Source of the DNA: Guillardia theta CCMP2712
Lineage: Eukaryota; Protista; Cryptophyta
Reading direction: 5' to 3'
NCBI RefSeq assembly: GCF_000315625.1
Contig: NW_005434544.1
Coordinates: 65,820-129,819, forward strand
Length of the DNA stretch: 64,000 nt
The translations under genes and the position numbers were made by a program. How positions within the stretch are numbered: the first letter of the stretch is position 1; every line of letters starts with the position of its first letter. The notes below the pieces were generated by a model, which saw nothing but the letters and a program-made list of their open reading frames with translations, searched no databases and was not told the origin of the DNA. Of the stretch, positions 1 to 11,286 are shown in pieces.

Positions 1-6
1 GTATTC

Positions 7-1059
7 ATGGTGCCGTACAGCATGCGAGCAAACAATGTCAACTTGTCTGTCTTTGTGAACACGTCACAGCAGTCCCTCTCAACGACGAGTGCGTTATCGG
101 CGGGGACAAACAGCTCCGTGCCAGCAGCAGTTCCCCTCGCCATGACGCTCTTTGTCTTTGCTGATTCGAATTCAAGGAGCAGCTATGCAAGAAACATCGA
201 GAGCTTGTCCTGCTACTCCAAGCTCAACAGCTTCAACTTCGTCCTCTTCAGGCCTGACTCATTCCCTCAGTGCAAGGAAGCCGTCGGTTTCTTCTTCAGG
301 AAAGTCTGCCATGTCTTCTACTACCTGCTCAATATCCCCGCCGATCACCACGTGGCAGTGCTGGATGCTGATACCGCGATCGTGAACTTCGACAAGAAGA
401 TCCAAGCTTGGTTGGTGGGCAACAAAGACATCTGGTTCTATCATCGATTCCATAACAACGAGGTCATGGCGGGAAACTACATCGTGCGGAACACAGCATG
501 GAGCAGGAGGTTCCTTCTGGACTGGTACATGCTCCACCCGGGGAACAAGCACGAGTACTCGGGCATGAACGCAGACAATGGAGCTCTCCACTGGCTGCTC
601 CTGCATCGTCTCGTCCGGCCAGTACCTGAGAGGTGCAGGAGGGAGGGAAAGGGAAGCGACTACCCGAAGTTCGTTGCATGCTTCCATGCAGCGGCCAACA
701 ACTCGGGCTGTCGAGGGGGGGACTGGGAGAGAGTCGGATTCTTCCGGCATGGCGAGGGATGGGCGTACGATGGGTGGGTGATCCGATACAGATGGTCCAA
801 TACGACCTTCATGCACCATGCGATGAAGAACCCAGTGATAGGAGGGCAGTATGAGGGTCGACTGCTGCCCCCGCGCTCTTGCGAGGTCACTTCCAAGCTG
901 CCTGCCGACCGGTACATGGTGAGCGAGGGCGAGATGTCGTCTCTGCTCAGATCTGCGGCGCTCACAGCCCTCCCTGGCCGCAAGAATCACGGGTACAACC
1001 CCAACAGCTGCATTGTGAACGTGAGGCCGGCTGGCGCTTGCCAGTCAACGCCATGTTGA
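7..1059 (+). CDS. DUF273-family nucleotide-diphospho-sugar transferase (GT-A fold); 5' end may lie upstream of the window
   Basis: Intronless 350-aa ORF. It has a DxD motif (VLDADTAIVN) followed by DIWFYHRFHNNEVMAGNYIVRNT, ADNGALH and DGW...FMHH, which match recalled DUF273 motifs. Confidence 0.7.
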   Translation: MVPYSMRANNVNLSVFVNTSQQSLSTTSALSAGTNSSVPAAVPLAMTLFVFADSNSRSSYARNIESLSCYSKLNSFNFVLFRPDSFPQCKEAVGFFFRKVCHVFYYLLNIPADHHVAVLDADTAIVNFDKKIQAWLVGNKDIWFYHRFHNNEVMAGNYIVRNTAWSRRFLLDWYMLHPGNKHEYSGMNADNGALHWLLLHRLVRPVPERCRREGKGSDYPKFVACFHAAANNSGCRGGDWERVGFFRHGEGWAYDGWVIRYRWSNTTFMHHAMKNPVIGGQYEGRLLPPRSCEVTSKLPADRYMVSEGEMSSLLRSAALTALPGRKNHGYNPNSCIVNVRPAGACQSTPC

Positions 1060-1164
1060 TGTTTGTATGTGAACGAGGTAATGCCGAGAGGACGCATGTT
1101 ATCCGAGTTGATTTCCAAGATTGCTAGCTCTGTGCGTAAAGTCTTGTCAAGTTCGAATCCCCTT

Positions 1165-2206
1165 TCATGCTGCCGGCTCGTCAGCTGGGGTTGTCCTAGC
1201 GACGTAGTCTTTGCCTCCTGGCCGGAGATTTTCCGGACGGCTGTCTTTGCGGATGTTTTTCTGAAACGAGGAGTGAGTTGGAGACGAGTAAAGGGACAAG
1301 TGAGAAGGAGGCAGACAGTCTTCCTTCAACTCACGATGCCCTCACCTGCCTCGATCGAGTTTTCTTGCCTTTGATCCTCCTCCTCCTCGGCCTGTGGCCG
1401 TCTGCAGCAGAGATCAAGAAGAGGTGGAGGCACAGGGGTCGCCTACCAGGACGGCGACCGAAGTCGTCCTCCTCTCGTTCTTCCTGCTCGTCTGCCGGCT
1501 GCTTCTGGTTCGAACTCCCTTGCTCTTGCTGATCTTTGCGATGCTTGGGATGGGGAGGGATTTTCTCCTTCTTGTCTTCATCTCCTGCAGCAGACTTCTT
1601 CTTTGAAACTTCTTGAGCGGGTTTGATCTTCTTCTCTCCTTCTCTCCTCCTGCTTTCCTGCTCTTCCTCTTCCTCTTGCTGCTCTTGGCTCTTGTTTGCA
1701 TCTACCTGCTCTCCGGCCTTCTTCTGTTGTTTTTTCCTTCTCTTCTTCTTGTTCTGATTGTTGTTTTCTTGATCAACAGTCGTCAACACGACTGGTTCCT
1801 GTGGGGGCTTACTCTTCTTTGGCTGAATCGATTTCGTTCTGCTCTCTTCATCATTGTCCTCATCCTGAGCCTTCCGTTTCTGAACTGATCGCTCAATATG
1901 CTCATCTTTCTTCTTTACCATCTTCTTCAACTTTCCAACCAGACGATTGTTCTCATCGCCCTCTGTCTTGAGTGCCTGTTTCATCCTATCAGTCCCGCAT
2001 GCCTGCCAACAAACTGCATGCGTGCACCTTGGAGTGAGGAACAAACTTTGAGCCCAGCCCAGCCTTGCAGGGCGAGAGACAAGCAGGTCAGCATTAGTTG
2101 CTTCTTCTGGACATCAGCATCGTCAGAGAGGAAGGGGTCATGCAGCCAGGAGTGAACCTTCTTCGAAGGCTACAGCATCCTTCACTGCGGACTTCATGCT
2201 TTGCAT
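1165..2206 (-). CDS. Spliced Lys/Glu-rich low-complexity protein, possibly nucleolar
   Basis: The main exon is ORF 1331..2044. A GT-AG splice joins KKTRSRQ to KNIRKDSRPENLRPGG...AA* (stop at 1165-1167). The start is uncertain (ATG at about 2206). Confidence 0.45.
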
Positions 2207-2295
2207 CCATGATGCAGCGATGTTCAGAGCCTCTCGCTGCACCTCGACCTGACTTGGGAGTTAGTTCACTCAACACATGAGCTGCTAGTCCCTCT

Positions 2296-2336
<41 letters not shown>

Positions 2337-2368
2337 CCTGCTCCTCCTGCTCCTCCTGCTCCTCCTGC
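2296..2368. repeat. (CTCCTG)n/(CTCCTCCTG)n microsatellite
   Basis: Tandem repeat read directly from the sequence. Confidence 0.95.
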
Positions 2369-2637
2369 CCCACCTGTTGAGCTTTCGGCGCCATGGTCTC
2401 CTGTTCCTGAGAAAGGGGTACCTGATTATCAACATGGGGTAGTATTTCAAATGGTGGGGTCTATGATACCACCGGTTATTTCTTTGACATAGAACAAAGT
2501 TGTTCATTATTGGAGTATAACAAGGGTACAGTATTTGAAAGGGGGTACTCATAATTCATGTTAGATTATACCGGGTAGGGGTACAGGGGGTACAAAGGGG
2601 TGGGAGGGTGGGGGGTGGGAGCACGTGCGATGGCAGG

Positions 2638-5460
2638 ATGGAAGTTGTAACTCCAGGGCAAGAGATCAGAAGCGAAGCAGGTGAGAGGAGGAGGAGGAGG
2701 AGAAAGATGTTATTGTCGTCGACATGACGATGTTTCTGTTGTTCATGATGATGAAGAGGAGGAGGAGGAGGAAGGGGAGGAGGAGGAGGAGAAGTTGAGG
2801 AGGAGGAGATATGGAGGAGAGCAGAAGGAGGAGGAGAAGTCCAGCCAACGCAGGAACAAGAGCAGGAGCAGCCAAAGGAGCAATGCTAGGACAAAGGGAG
2901 CAAGGGCAGGAAGAAAGAAAAATCAAATCAGAGAGCAAACATGTGATTGAGGTCGATGGTCATGGTAGGGTAAACATGAAAGGACACATCTAGCGCTGAG
3001 GGGAGGGAGGGAGGGAGGGAGGGAGGGAGGGAGGGAGGGCAGGGTAGTGGAGGAGATCGTTGAGCGTAGATAGATGAGAAGCAAGGCAGCGGGAGATGAC
3101 TGGAGTGCAGGGTTCCTGCGGGGGCATGGGACGTATGTGTGGAAGGGCAAGCTCATAGCGTCGGTGGCGGGGATAGTCCAGAGGGTGAACAAGCTGGTGT
3201 CGGTAGTGCCACTGAAGAGCCGATATGGAGGACAAGTGGGAGATGTCGTGGTGGGACGAGTCGTTGAGGTCGGACAGAAGCGTTGGAACCTTGACATTGG
3301 AGCTGCTCAGGTTTGTGAGAGGAGGGGAAAGGAGCGAGGAGGACGTGGAAGGGGGAGGAGGAAGGTGGAAGAGGGGGAGGAGGGAGGGGGGAGATAAGGG
3401 GAAGGTGGGAGAGGGAACAGGAAGGGAAGGGAGGGGAAGTAGGGGAGGGGGGCGGTGAGAAGGAAGGTTGTTGTTGTTTTCTCCTTCAAGTAGTTTATTC
3501 TCCTTTGCTGCTTCAAACTTTCTGAAAATCATTTTTTCCTTCCTTTCTCTTTCCTTTGCAGTCGGCAGTGTTGATGTTGTCGTCGGTGAACCTGCCGGAG
3601 GGAGAGCACAGGAGGAGAACGTACGAGGATCAGCTGAACATGCGAACGTTGTTTGTGGAGGGCGATCTTGTAAGCGCGGAGATTCACCAGGTATGGACAG
3701 GACAGGAGAGGACAGGAGAGGACAGGACAGGACAGGACAGGTCAGGTCAGGTCAGGTCAGGACGGAGGGATCAGAGACGAAGTTAAGGAGAGCAGGGGGT
3801 GGGGGTTGAGGGGACGCATAGAGGAGGAAGCGGAGGGGAGGAACTGGATGCGGAGATGGGATGGGGCAACTTGAAGTGAGGTTCGCTGATTGTTTGATGT
3901 TTCAGTTCTTTCAAGATGGTTCGATCTCCGTTCACACAAGGTCATCCAAATATGGAAAACTGCAGAATGGAATGTTGATAGAGGTAAATCACCAGTGAAG
4001 AGCAGACAAGACCGGGTGGTGGTGGAGGTGGAGGAGGAAGTAGTGGTGTTAGTGATGATGATGATGATGATGATGATGATGAGGAGGAGGAGGACGAGGA
4101 GGACGAGGAGGACGAGGACGAGGACGAGGAGGACGAGGAGGACGACGAGGAGGAGGACGAAGACGAGGAAGAGGAGAAGACGAGGAGGAGGAGGAGGAGG
4201 AGGAGGAGCAATATTGTATGGAAGTTGCTGATTCTTCCACAGGTCCCAGCATACTTGATTCGGAGAGCCAAACAAGTACTACCCTTCTCTTTTCCTTCCT
4301 CCCCCTTCCATCCTCCCCGCGCTCCTCCTCATGTGTTGTCTTGCCAGCACTTCCAACAACTTGGAGAACTGCAAGTGTTCCTCATCATCGCTAGGTCCCT
4401 CTAGCCTGCTGCGTCAAGGTCTGAAGTTGCCGCTCACAGCAACGGATACATCTGGATCACGCATGTGCTCCCTCCTGAGGCCGGGGAGGCGGGTGACATG
4501 GACGAGCTGGAGAAGTTGGGAGGAGGGCGGCCAGCGAGCGAGGAAGATATGTATGTCCCTCCTGCTTCTCGATCCTGCTCCTCCCTCCCTCGCTCTCCTC
4601 CCTCCTCTCTACCTCCCTCCCTCTCCTTCCTCCTCTGTACCTCGCTCTCCTCCCTCCTCTCTACCTCCCTCCCTCTCCTTCCTCCTCTCTACCTCCCTCC
4701 CTCTCCTTCCTCCTCTGTACCTCGCTCTCATCCTCCCTCCCTACCTCGTTCTCCTCCCTCCTCCCTCGCTTGCTCTCCTTCCTCCTCCCTCATTCGCTCT
4801 CTCCCTCCTCTCTATCTCATTCTCCTCCCTCCTCTCTCCTTCGTTCTTTTCCTCCGCAATTGGCTCACAGACTTGCAGGAAATGTTTGTGCAGAGTCAGA
4901 AACTCAATCCTGGCCCTTGCGAAATACCACCTTGAGGTTGTGCGAGGGGAGAGGAATAAGTTTTGGAGAGAAGAGGGGAGGGAGGAGGAGAGCAGGAGAG
5001 CAGGAGAGCAGGAGAGCAGGAGAGCAGGAGAGCAGGAGAGAAGGAGAGGAGGAGAGGAGGAGAGGAGGAGAGGAGGAGAGGAGGAGAGGAGGAGAGGAGC
5101 AGGGAGGAGTGGATGGAGGCGAGATAATCTGTCATGTTGTTAATTTTGTTTCAGATTTTCTCAACCTCCATTCTTGACACCTACGAAAGCAGCTTGAAGC
5201 TTGATATTGAGTTGTCTTCCATGCTCGATGACGGTAACTAGATGATGACAACGATAAAAAGGGTGGTGGTGATGGAGATGATGATGATGACGAAGATGAG
5301 GAAGAAGAAGAAGAAGAAGGTTTGACGTCATTCCAGATCTTTCGGAGAAGATAACTGAGAGTGCTAGAGCAAGGAGAGATGCTTCACTGAGGTATGAGAC
5401 CACTTTGTGTCAACATTACATGACTGATTTCTCTTGCGCAGGACTGTGGTGGAAGACTGA
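2638..5460 (+). CDS. RRP4: Exosome complex component RRP4 (EXOSC2), about 11 exons
   Basis: Spliced translation: MEVVTPGQEIRSEAG|FLRGHGTY...RVNKLVSVVPLKSRYGGQVGDVVVGRV...|SAVLMLSSVNLPEGEHRRR...|...HTRSSKYGKLQNG...|...NGYIWI...RVRNSILALA. Canonical GT-AG introns include 2681-3110, 3311-3561 and 3691-3905. Confidence 0.95.
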
Positions 5461-5603
5461 AAGAGGACGAGGATATAGAAGATGTAGATTTCTTTCATTA
5501 CAAAACTTTACAAATGTGTTACTAAGATGAACTCTCCGTTCTCCTCCAAGTCTCCTCCTTCCCCCACTCCTCTCTCCGCTTCCTCCTCCCCCTCCTCTGC
5601 ACT

Positions 5604-8600
5604 TCAAAGCTGTGGCAGCTTGTCGCTCTTCAGCTTTCTCATGCTTCCTCTCAAGTTGATGATGGAGATCCGAGAGGACGAGGCTGTTCCGTGAAGCAGC
5701 GTCTCCTTCAGCTCCTCCTCGCTCCTCCTCCTCTCGCGCTCGATCTCCGACGGCCCGCTCGCCCTTCTCCTGCTCCCCACGGTAGACCGTGCCCTTGAAA
5801 CCTTCTGCTCGAAGAAGATGAGGTTGGAGCCAGCAGAGCTCAGCCTCCTGATATTGAACAGCGCGACTTGCTCGTTGCTGCTCCTCCTCACATCCGACTT
5901 GTAGCTTGCGCTCACCGTCCTCCCCACCCGCTCCCTCCTCTCCTGCTCCCTCGCGTCTCCCGCCTCCCTCCCGTGCACGAGCCTCACCTTCACTTCCATC
6001 AGAGGGTCCACCACCGCCCTCCCCTCCTCCGCCGACGCCCTCCGCCACTCCTTCCTGAACGGCGTCCCCATCTTTGTCGGCTCAGCGGTGAAGGGACGAT
6101 GAGAAAGAGCCTGGAAGCCTTCCCCTCTCATCTCCTCCTCCCTCCTCACGGCGCCGTTCTCGTCCTCAGCTGAGTGAGTCCTGCTGATGCAGTCCGGCAT
6201 CTCCTCCAGGGAGCAGGTGGAACACCTGCTGGGCATCCCGATCGAGCTCTCCGCCTCCTGCCCGTCCTCAATCGCCTCCTCCTCCTCGCAGCAGCATGAG
6301 ACTTCGTCCTCGCACTCATCGCTACGCAGCGTTGTTCTCCTGCTGGCTATGTTGTTCCCGTCCCGCCGCTCATGGGCAGGCACTTGCTCAGTCTCGTCGG
6401 GTACAGCTGATCCTTGTGCGGCCCAGGACCCTCTTCGAGAGGACGGGGGGAGGCGCCTTGGGGCGGCAGGGCGCCGGCATCAGGAGGAGGAGCATCTGCA
6501 GGGGGGGTAGCCGTGTCGGTCACAGGGAGAGGGCCAACAGGATCATGCGAAGGAGCAGGATGGGGGGGAGGAGGAAGAGGAGTCGGATCCTTCTTCTTGA
6601 GCAGGGGAAGTTGCCTTTTGGATGACACAACGGCGACAGGTTCCTGTAGAGGAGCCATCGACGTGTTCCTCCTCCTCATCGCTCTGTACGGCTCCCTTGT
6701 AAGGTCCTTACTCGAAGCAACGGGTGACGAGACTGTTCGTTGCAGCTGCTCCTCCTCCTCCTCCTCCTCGAAGTCCCGGCTGGAGCTCGCCGCTCTCGTC
6801 AGAATGGAGCGCACAAACGCCTCCTTCCTAACATCCTTCTTCTCATCCTGCAAGGCAGAGGGCACGGAGAACGATCGATGCATCTCCGTCGCTGCATGGT
6901 CCTTGCCGGAATCGAGGGACCTCCTTGTCCCCCTTGAAGGCCGTCGGGACAAGGAAGAGGTGGAGGAAGCGGAGGAGGTGGAGGAGGTTGACTTAGTCCT
7001 TGTCATCTGGCTGCTTTCAAACATTCTCTTCCTCTGCTGGGCCAGTTTGACCAGCTCCTGCAGGATCTCCTCGCATGACTGCGACCTGTCCACCTTCCCT
7101 GCCTTCCTGCGCTTCAGCTCCGCGTGGAGGTGCTGGGAGTGCAACCTGCCCTGCAGGAACCTTCGGAAGGTGTCCCGGCTGATCTCCAGGCAGGAGGAGG
7201 GGGAGGAGGCAACGATTGTTGCGTTCCTCTTCTCGTTCTTGATCAGCCCCGTCTCGCCAAAGAAGTGCCCCGGGAGGAAAGAAAAGACCTGGTTCCCTCC
7301 TACCAACACCGCTACCTCCCCTTGCACCACCACGAACATAGACACCGACTCCTCCCCTGCTCTCACCACCTCCTCCCCCTCGCAGAAGTGCAGCAGCCTG
7401 GACTCGCTCCCCAGCCTCTCTCGGTCCTCCGTCTGCAGCCACGAGAAGATGGGGATAGGGGCGAGCAGCTCGCCCATGGACAAAGCTGCGTCTTCCATGA
7501 CCTTGTCAAACGTGGCCTGTAGCTCCAACCGCTTCTTTTCCTTCTGCTCATGCACAGAGTCGACGTAGCACTCCTCCTGCGCACCAGGGCGTCAGAGACC
7601 AGAGGAAAGGGAACAATGGAAAGGAAGGAATTGAGCCACAAAGGGCGAGAAGGTTTGGGTGTCCAGAACAACGAGCGCAAAGAAAGGATGGAGCGAGCAA
7701 GGGGTTGAGCGATGGGGGAGTGAGCGGGGGAAGAGAGGGAGGAGGAGGAAAACAAGGGATGAGGAGATCTTGGGAAACAGTAGGGAATAACCTGATTGTT
7801 TGTGCAAATAGTGCAAGGACTGCAACCCGTGAAACAGGGAACTTTGAGTTGCAACTTGACCATGTGTGAAAACTCCTCCTGCATTGCAGATGAGTTGCTG
7901 AGGTCCACAGCTATCTGCCAGAACAAAACACATACACCGACATAGTCCTCATTCTCATCATCATCACAATTGTGATTGTCCTGCAAGACTGGAAAGCACG
8001 GGCGCGGGAAAGAGCTACAAAGGCGGGAGCGTCCAAGAAAGCTGTTCTCACCAGGTCAATACAGCCATCTCCGTTCGCATCGTACTCCTTCAAAACAATG
8101 TCCAAATCTTCATCCGTAAACCTCTTCCCCATCATCGCAAAAGCTTTCTGGATCTCAGACCTGAATCGAAGCGATCAGCCGTCAAAGGAGGAGAGAGAGA
8201 AGGACCAAGGCGAGAGAGCAGAGGGTAAGAAAGAGACAAACATACGTAGCAGTGCCAAGGAGGGAAGACAAAATCAGCAGCGCTGCGACAGAGAAGAGTG
8301 GGAATGTAGAGCAGGCGAGGAGGACAACACTGAGGCGGAGAGTGCTGACCTTTGCAAAGTCCCGCTCGCATCCTCGTCAAATCTTCGAAACGCTTTTTCA
8401 ATGCTGATGTTCAACTAGCAGAACGAATGAACGAGTCGACAATGAAACGATCTTGCACAAACCTCGTGCGGAGAGAGATTCGCAAACCACTTTGCCAACG
8501 ATTCACCCGCAGCATTCAAAACGCTGTTGACAAGAGCAGTTAGTCTAGCCGTTTGTTTGGGTGAAATGTAAGTTCACTTTTTGGCCTTGGACAGAGTATC

Positions 8601-8910
8601 TCCCAGGATTTGAAAGGTGTCGTTGAGCTCGAATTCCATAAGGTCAAGCCTCTCCAACAAGAGCTGCAGGAAACGACAGGATAAGAGATGAAGTACCGTC
8701 AAACTATTTCGCCCATAACTCTTCCTTTCGCACTCTTCTGCTTCATTATCGTCTCAGGCTCTCTCAATCTGCTTCTCTGTCATCTCCCAGCCCATGTCAG
8801 CTGACTTATCCCAGTGCGGACTAACGAGCCTGACTTATCCCTCTGCTCTCTTCAACTCGGTCTTCTTCCTCACCGCCTCCGTCGACTTTCTTCGTTCCAG
8901 CATCGCCATC
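5604..8910 (-). CDS. Multi-exon protein with EF-hand(s), a cyclic-nucleotide-binding domain and a long disordered C-terminus
   Basis: EF-hand YDANGDGCIDL|EEF at about 8050-8100 and 7880. CNBD in ORF 6347..7555 (EGEEVVRAGEESVSMFVVVQGEV...FFGETGLIKNEKRNATIVA). The join to ORF 5604..6383 and the 5' exons are inferred. Confidence 0.7.
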
Positions 8911-9319
8911 TTGACTGGTCCACCACGACCTGCACTGGTGACCACTGTCCACCAGTACCTCGGAATGACCACCCCTTCCATTGCCCCCACCGCATCACTT
9001 CCAGACTCTGTACCCCTCACTTTGACTTGAAAATAACCCCTACTTAATGTACCCCACCCCTCAGTTTCAAGTCCCTTCACAAATCGGCTGATAAAATTGG
9101 CACGTTTTATCCGGTGAGGACCCCACCCCCGGACACAGGCAACCCTCCACCCCTCAAGACACTACCCTACCACTCACGGTACATCGCCCAACTCCATTCT
9201 TATGCCATATACCCCTGTGTTTCCCTTCCACAGGACCCGTTATGAGAATCAAAAACTTTTGTTTACCCCCCCTTTATGACCCTCACAAATTGTCCTCACT
9301 GGGTGACTAGACTGGACCT

Positions 9320-9520
9320 GGGGCCTTAGACGGTCTAGGACCTCTTACGAATATCCTAGGACTTACAAATCCGCACTAAGACCAGATGAAGCTCCTAGCA
9401 CCCTGGTCTAGCAGACATACAAATACGGTAGCCATTTCCAAGCCTCAGCAGTCGCACTGGGTCCTAGGAAGTGACTTTTCTGGTCCTAAAAAGGTTCCTA
9501 GTCTTGTCCTAGGAACCTTC
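9320..9520. other. Cluster of degenerate GTCCTAGGA words
   Basis: About six variants in 200 bp: gtctagga, tcctagga, gtcctaggaa (twice), ggtcctaaa and ttcctagt. Confidence 0.7.
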
Positions 9521-9559
9521 CGTGCTGACCCGCTTGTGTGTAGTAAACTTGGGGGGCTT

Positions 9560-10225
9560 TCGCGGCGGGGCCCGGGCGCCGCCCCTCCCACGCGCCGCCA
9601 GCCTGGCCGGGCGCACACCGCCGCGGCCCGGGCCCCGCGCCGGCCGGCGCCCGGGCCCGGGCCGGGATCCGACGGCGGCGGCGATGGGGGACGGACGGCC
9701 GCGCGGCGGTGGCCCGGGCCCGACACCCCGCCGGGCAGCCGCGTGTGCCGCCTTGCAGTGCAGTGACCTGTCCGGCTCACCGTGGGCCGGGCGGGGCCTG
9801 GTTCGGAAGTTCATTTCACTGTCAAATGAACTTGCCCAGTCCGATCGGACTCGGCGGTCGGCGCCCGCCGGGAGCCTCGCGGCGAGTCGAGCCTGACTGG
9901 CAAACAAGCGGCCGGGAATTCAAGTTCTTTGCGGCGGCGGCGTTCAACGGAGTCCGAGTTCAGCGGCGGCGCCCTCCCGGGGGCCCGGCGGCGGCACGGC
10001 GCCGCCGGCCGGGGGCCGGGGCGGTCCCCGGGCCCGGGGTGCAGTGACCGTACAGTGGTGTAAGTTTCAGTGCCGGACTCCGGTAGTATGATAACCTTGT
10101 AATCGGCCGAGCCCGGGCGGTACTGCGGCCGCCGGCTTGTACGCGGCGCCGGCCCGCCGCCGGCAGACTCAGCGGTCACTGTGCGGCGTTCAAAAAGATA
10201 CTCAGCGGTGCCCGGCCCGGCCAGA
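9560..10225. other. Very GC-rich intergenic island of palindromic words between divergent genes
   Basis: Dense CCGG, CGGCCG, GGGCCC, GTAC and GTCAC/GTGAC words. The only ORFs are spurious Pro/Gly/Arg-rich frames. Confidence 0.75.
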
Positions 10226-10289
10226 GTTGACTGAAGTCAAGTCACACGAACGAGTCACTACTGTCAAAATTAGTTAACTTTAACTTTGG

Positions 10290-11070
10290 ACACAGCTTGG
10301 GTGTAGGGGTGGTGAATGAAAGGGTGGGTGATCAACCCTCCTACTATCCCAGAATTGAAGAGGATTTGAAGGGATCGGCATGAACTTTTACCAAGTGGGG
10401 TGGGTCCTCGTAACGAGTTGGGCAAGCCGCTGCAGGGAGGCTGAACTAGGGTGGTGGGAATTTGAGCTGATGGGGGTGGGTGGGGGTGATTTCCGCTTAT
10501 CACACCGGTTTTTATCTGAGGGGGAGGGGTGGTGGGAGGGGGTACTCGTTGTCCCTACGGTAGAAGGGCCATCGTCATGTATATAGAGGGGTGTGAAGTG
10601 ACATGCAGTTCTTGATGGACTGAAAAGGTAGGGTATATACACGAAAAGTAGTAGGTAGGGGTACTCCGCAGAATATTCCTCAGAGGGGGTGGTTTCAAGA
10701 GGATGGCATATTCAATGAGCTACGCTGTGGGTGAAGTGGATTTGACACCATAGGGGTACTGAACAGAACAGGGGTAGGGTGGGGGGGTATATGTGCTGCT
10801 GTCAATCCTCTGGTGTAGCGCAGGGATGGAGGGGTGTAAATAACTTGGTCGAACTTCGAGGGGGTGGGGTACTCAGATTGGAGGGGTGGAACAGAGTTTT
10901 GTTATGGACGAGGCCGAGGGTCGTTAGAAGGGAGGGGTGGGTGGTATTGTCGGGTACATGTCACTAGTGTAAAATTGTAAAGCACCGGTGATTCATAGTG
11001 AATAAATAGGGGTACGGAGAGAGTATGATGAAAAGGGGGGTGGGGTACAATACAAGTTGGGTAGGGTAGA
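10290..11070. other. GGGGT/GGGTG-rich intergenic block; the mirror ACCCC block is at 8950-9290
   Basis: Recurrent ggggt, gggtg and ggggtac words at irregular short spacing. Confidence 0.7.
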
Positions 11071-11286
11071 CGAACACGGAACTACAAAGTGAGAAATGGG
11101 CGGGGAAGCAGCGAAGGAGAGGGAGGGAATGGAGGGCAAGGAGAACAATGGATGAAAGTGCTACCCGATATTGTTGTAATCTTTCGTTACGAAGAAACCA
11201 TGAAGATAACACTGCTTGTTCTGCTCTGTTCTTGACCGTTATGAGCCATAGCTTGTTTGTTGTGTCACTCGATCGAAAACCCACTA

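Noticed and set aside
3757-4275. Poly-Ser/Leu/Arg ORFs (also 16933..17610, 23849..24420 and 59579..60063)
   Set aside because: Translations of intronic or intergenic microsatellites.
6414-7568. Long antisense ORFs opposite real genes (also 34505..35431, 41852..42850, 56129..56815 and 259..990)
   Set aside because: Shadow ORFs caused by GC-rich codon bias, with no independent motifs.
9320-9520. CRISPR-like reading of the recurring CCTAGG words
   Set aside because: The words are short, degenerate and irregularly spaced, the context is eukaryotic, and there are no cas genes.
9386-10179. Many Pro/Gly/Arg/Ala-rich ORFs in the GC islands (also at 18.1, 20.6, 47.4-48.1, 49.6 and 60.1 kb)
   Set aside because: They are open on several frames and both strands because stop codons are rare at extreme GC, and none has a recognisable domain.
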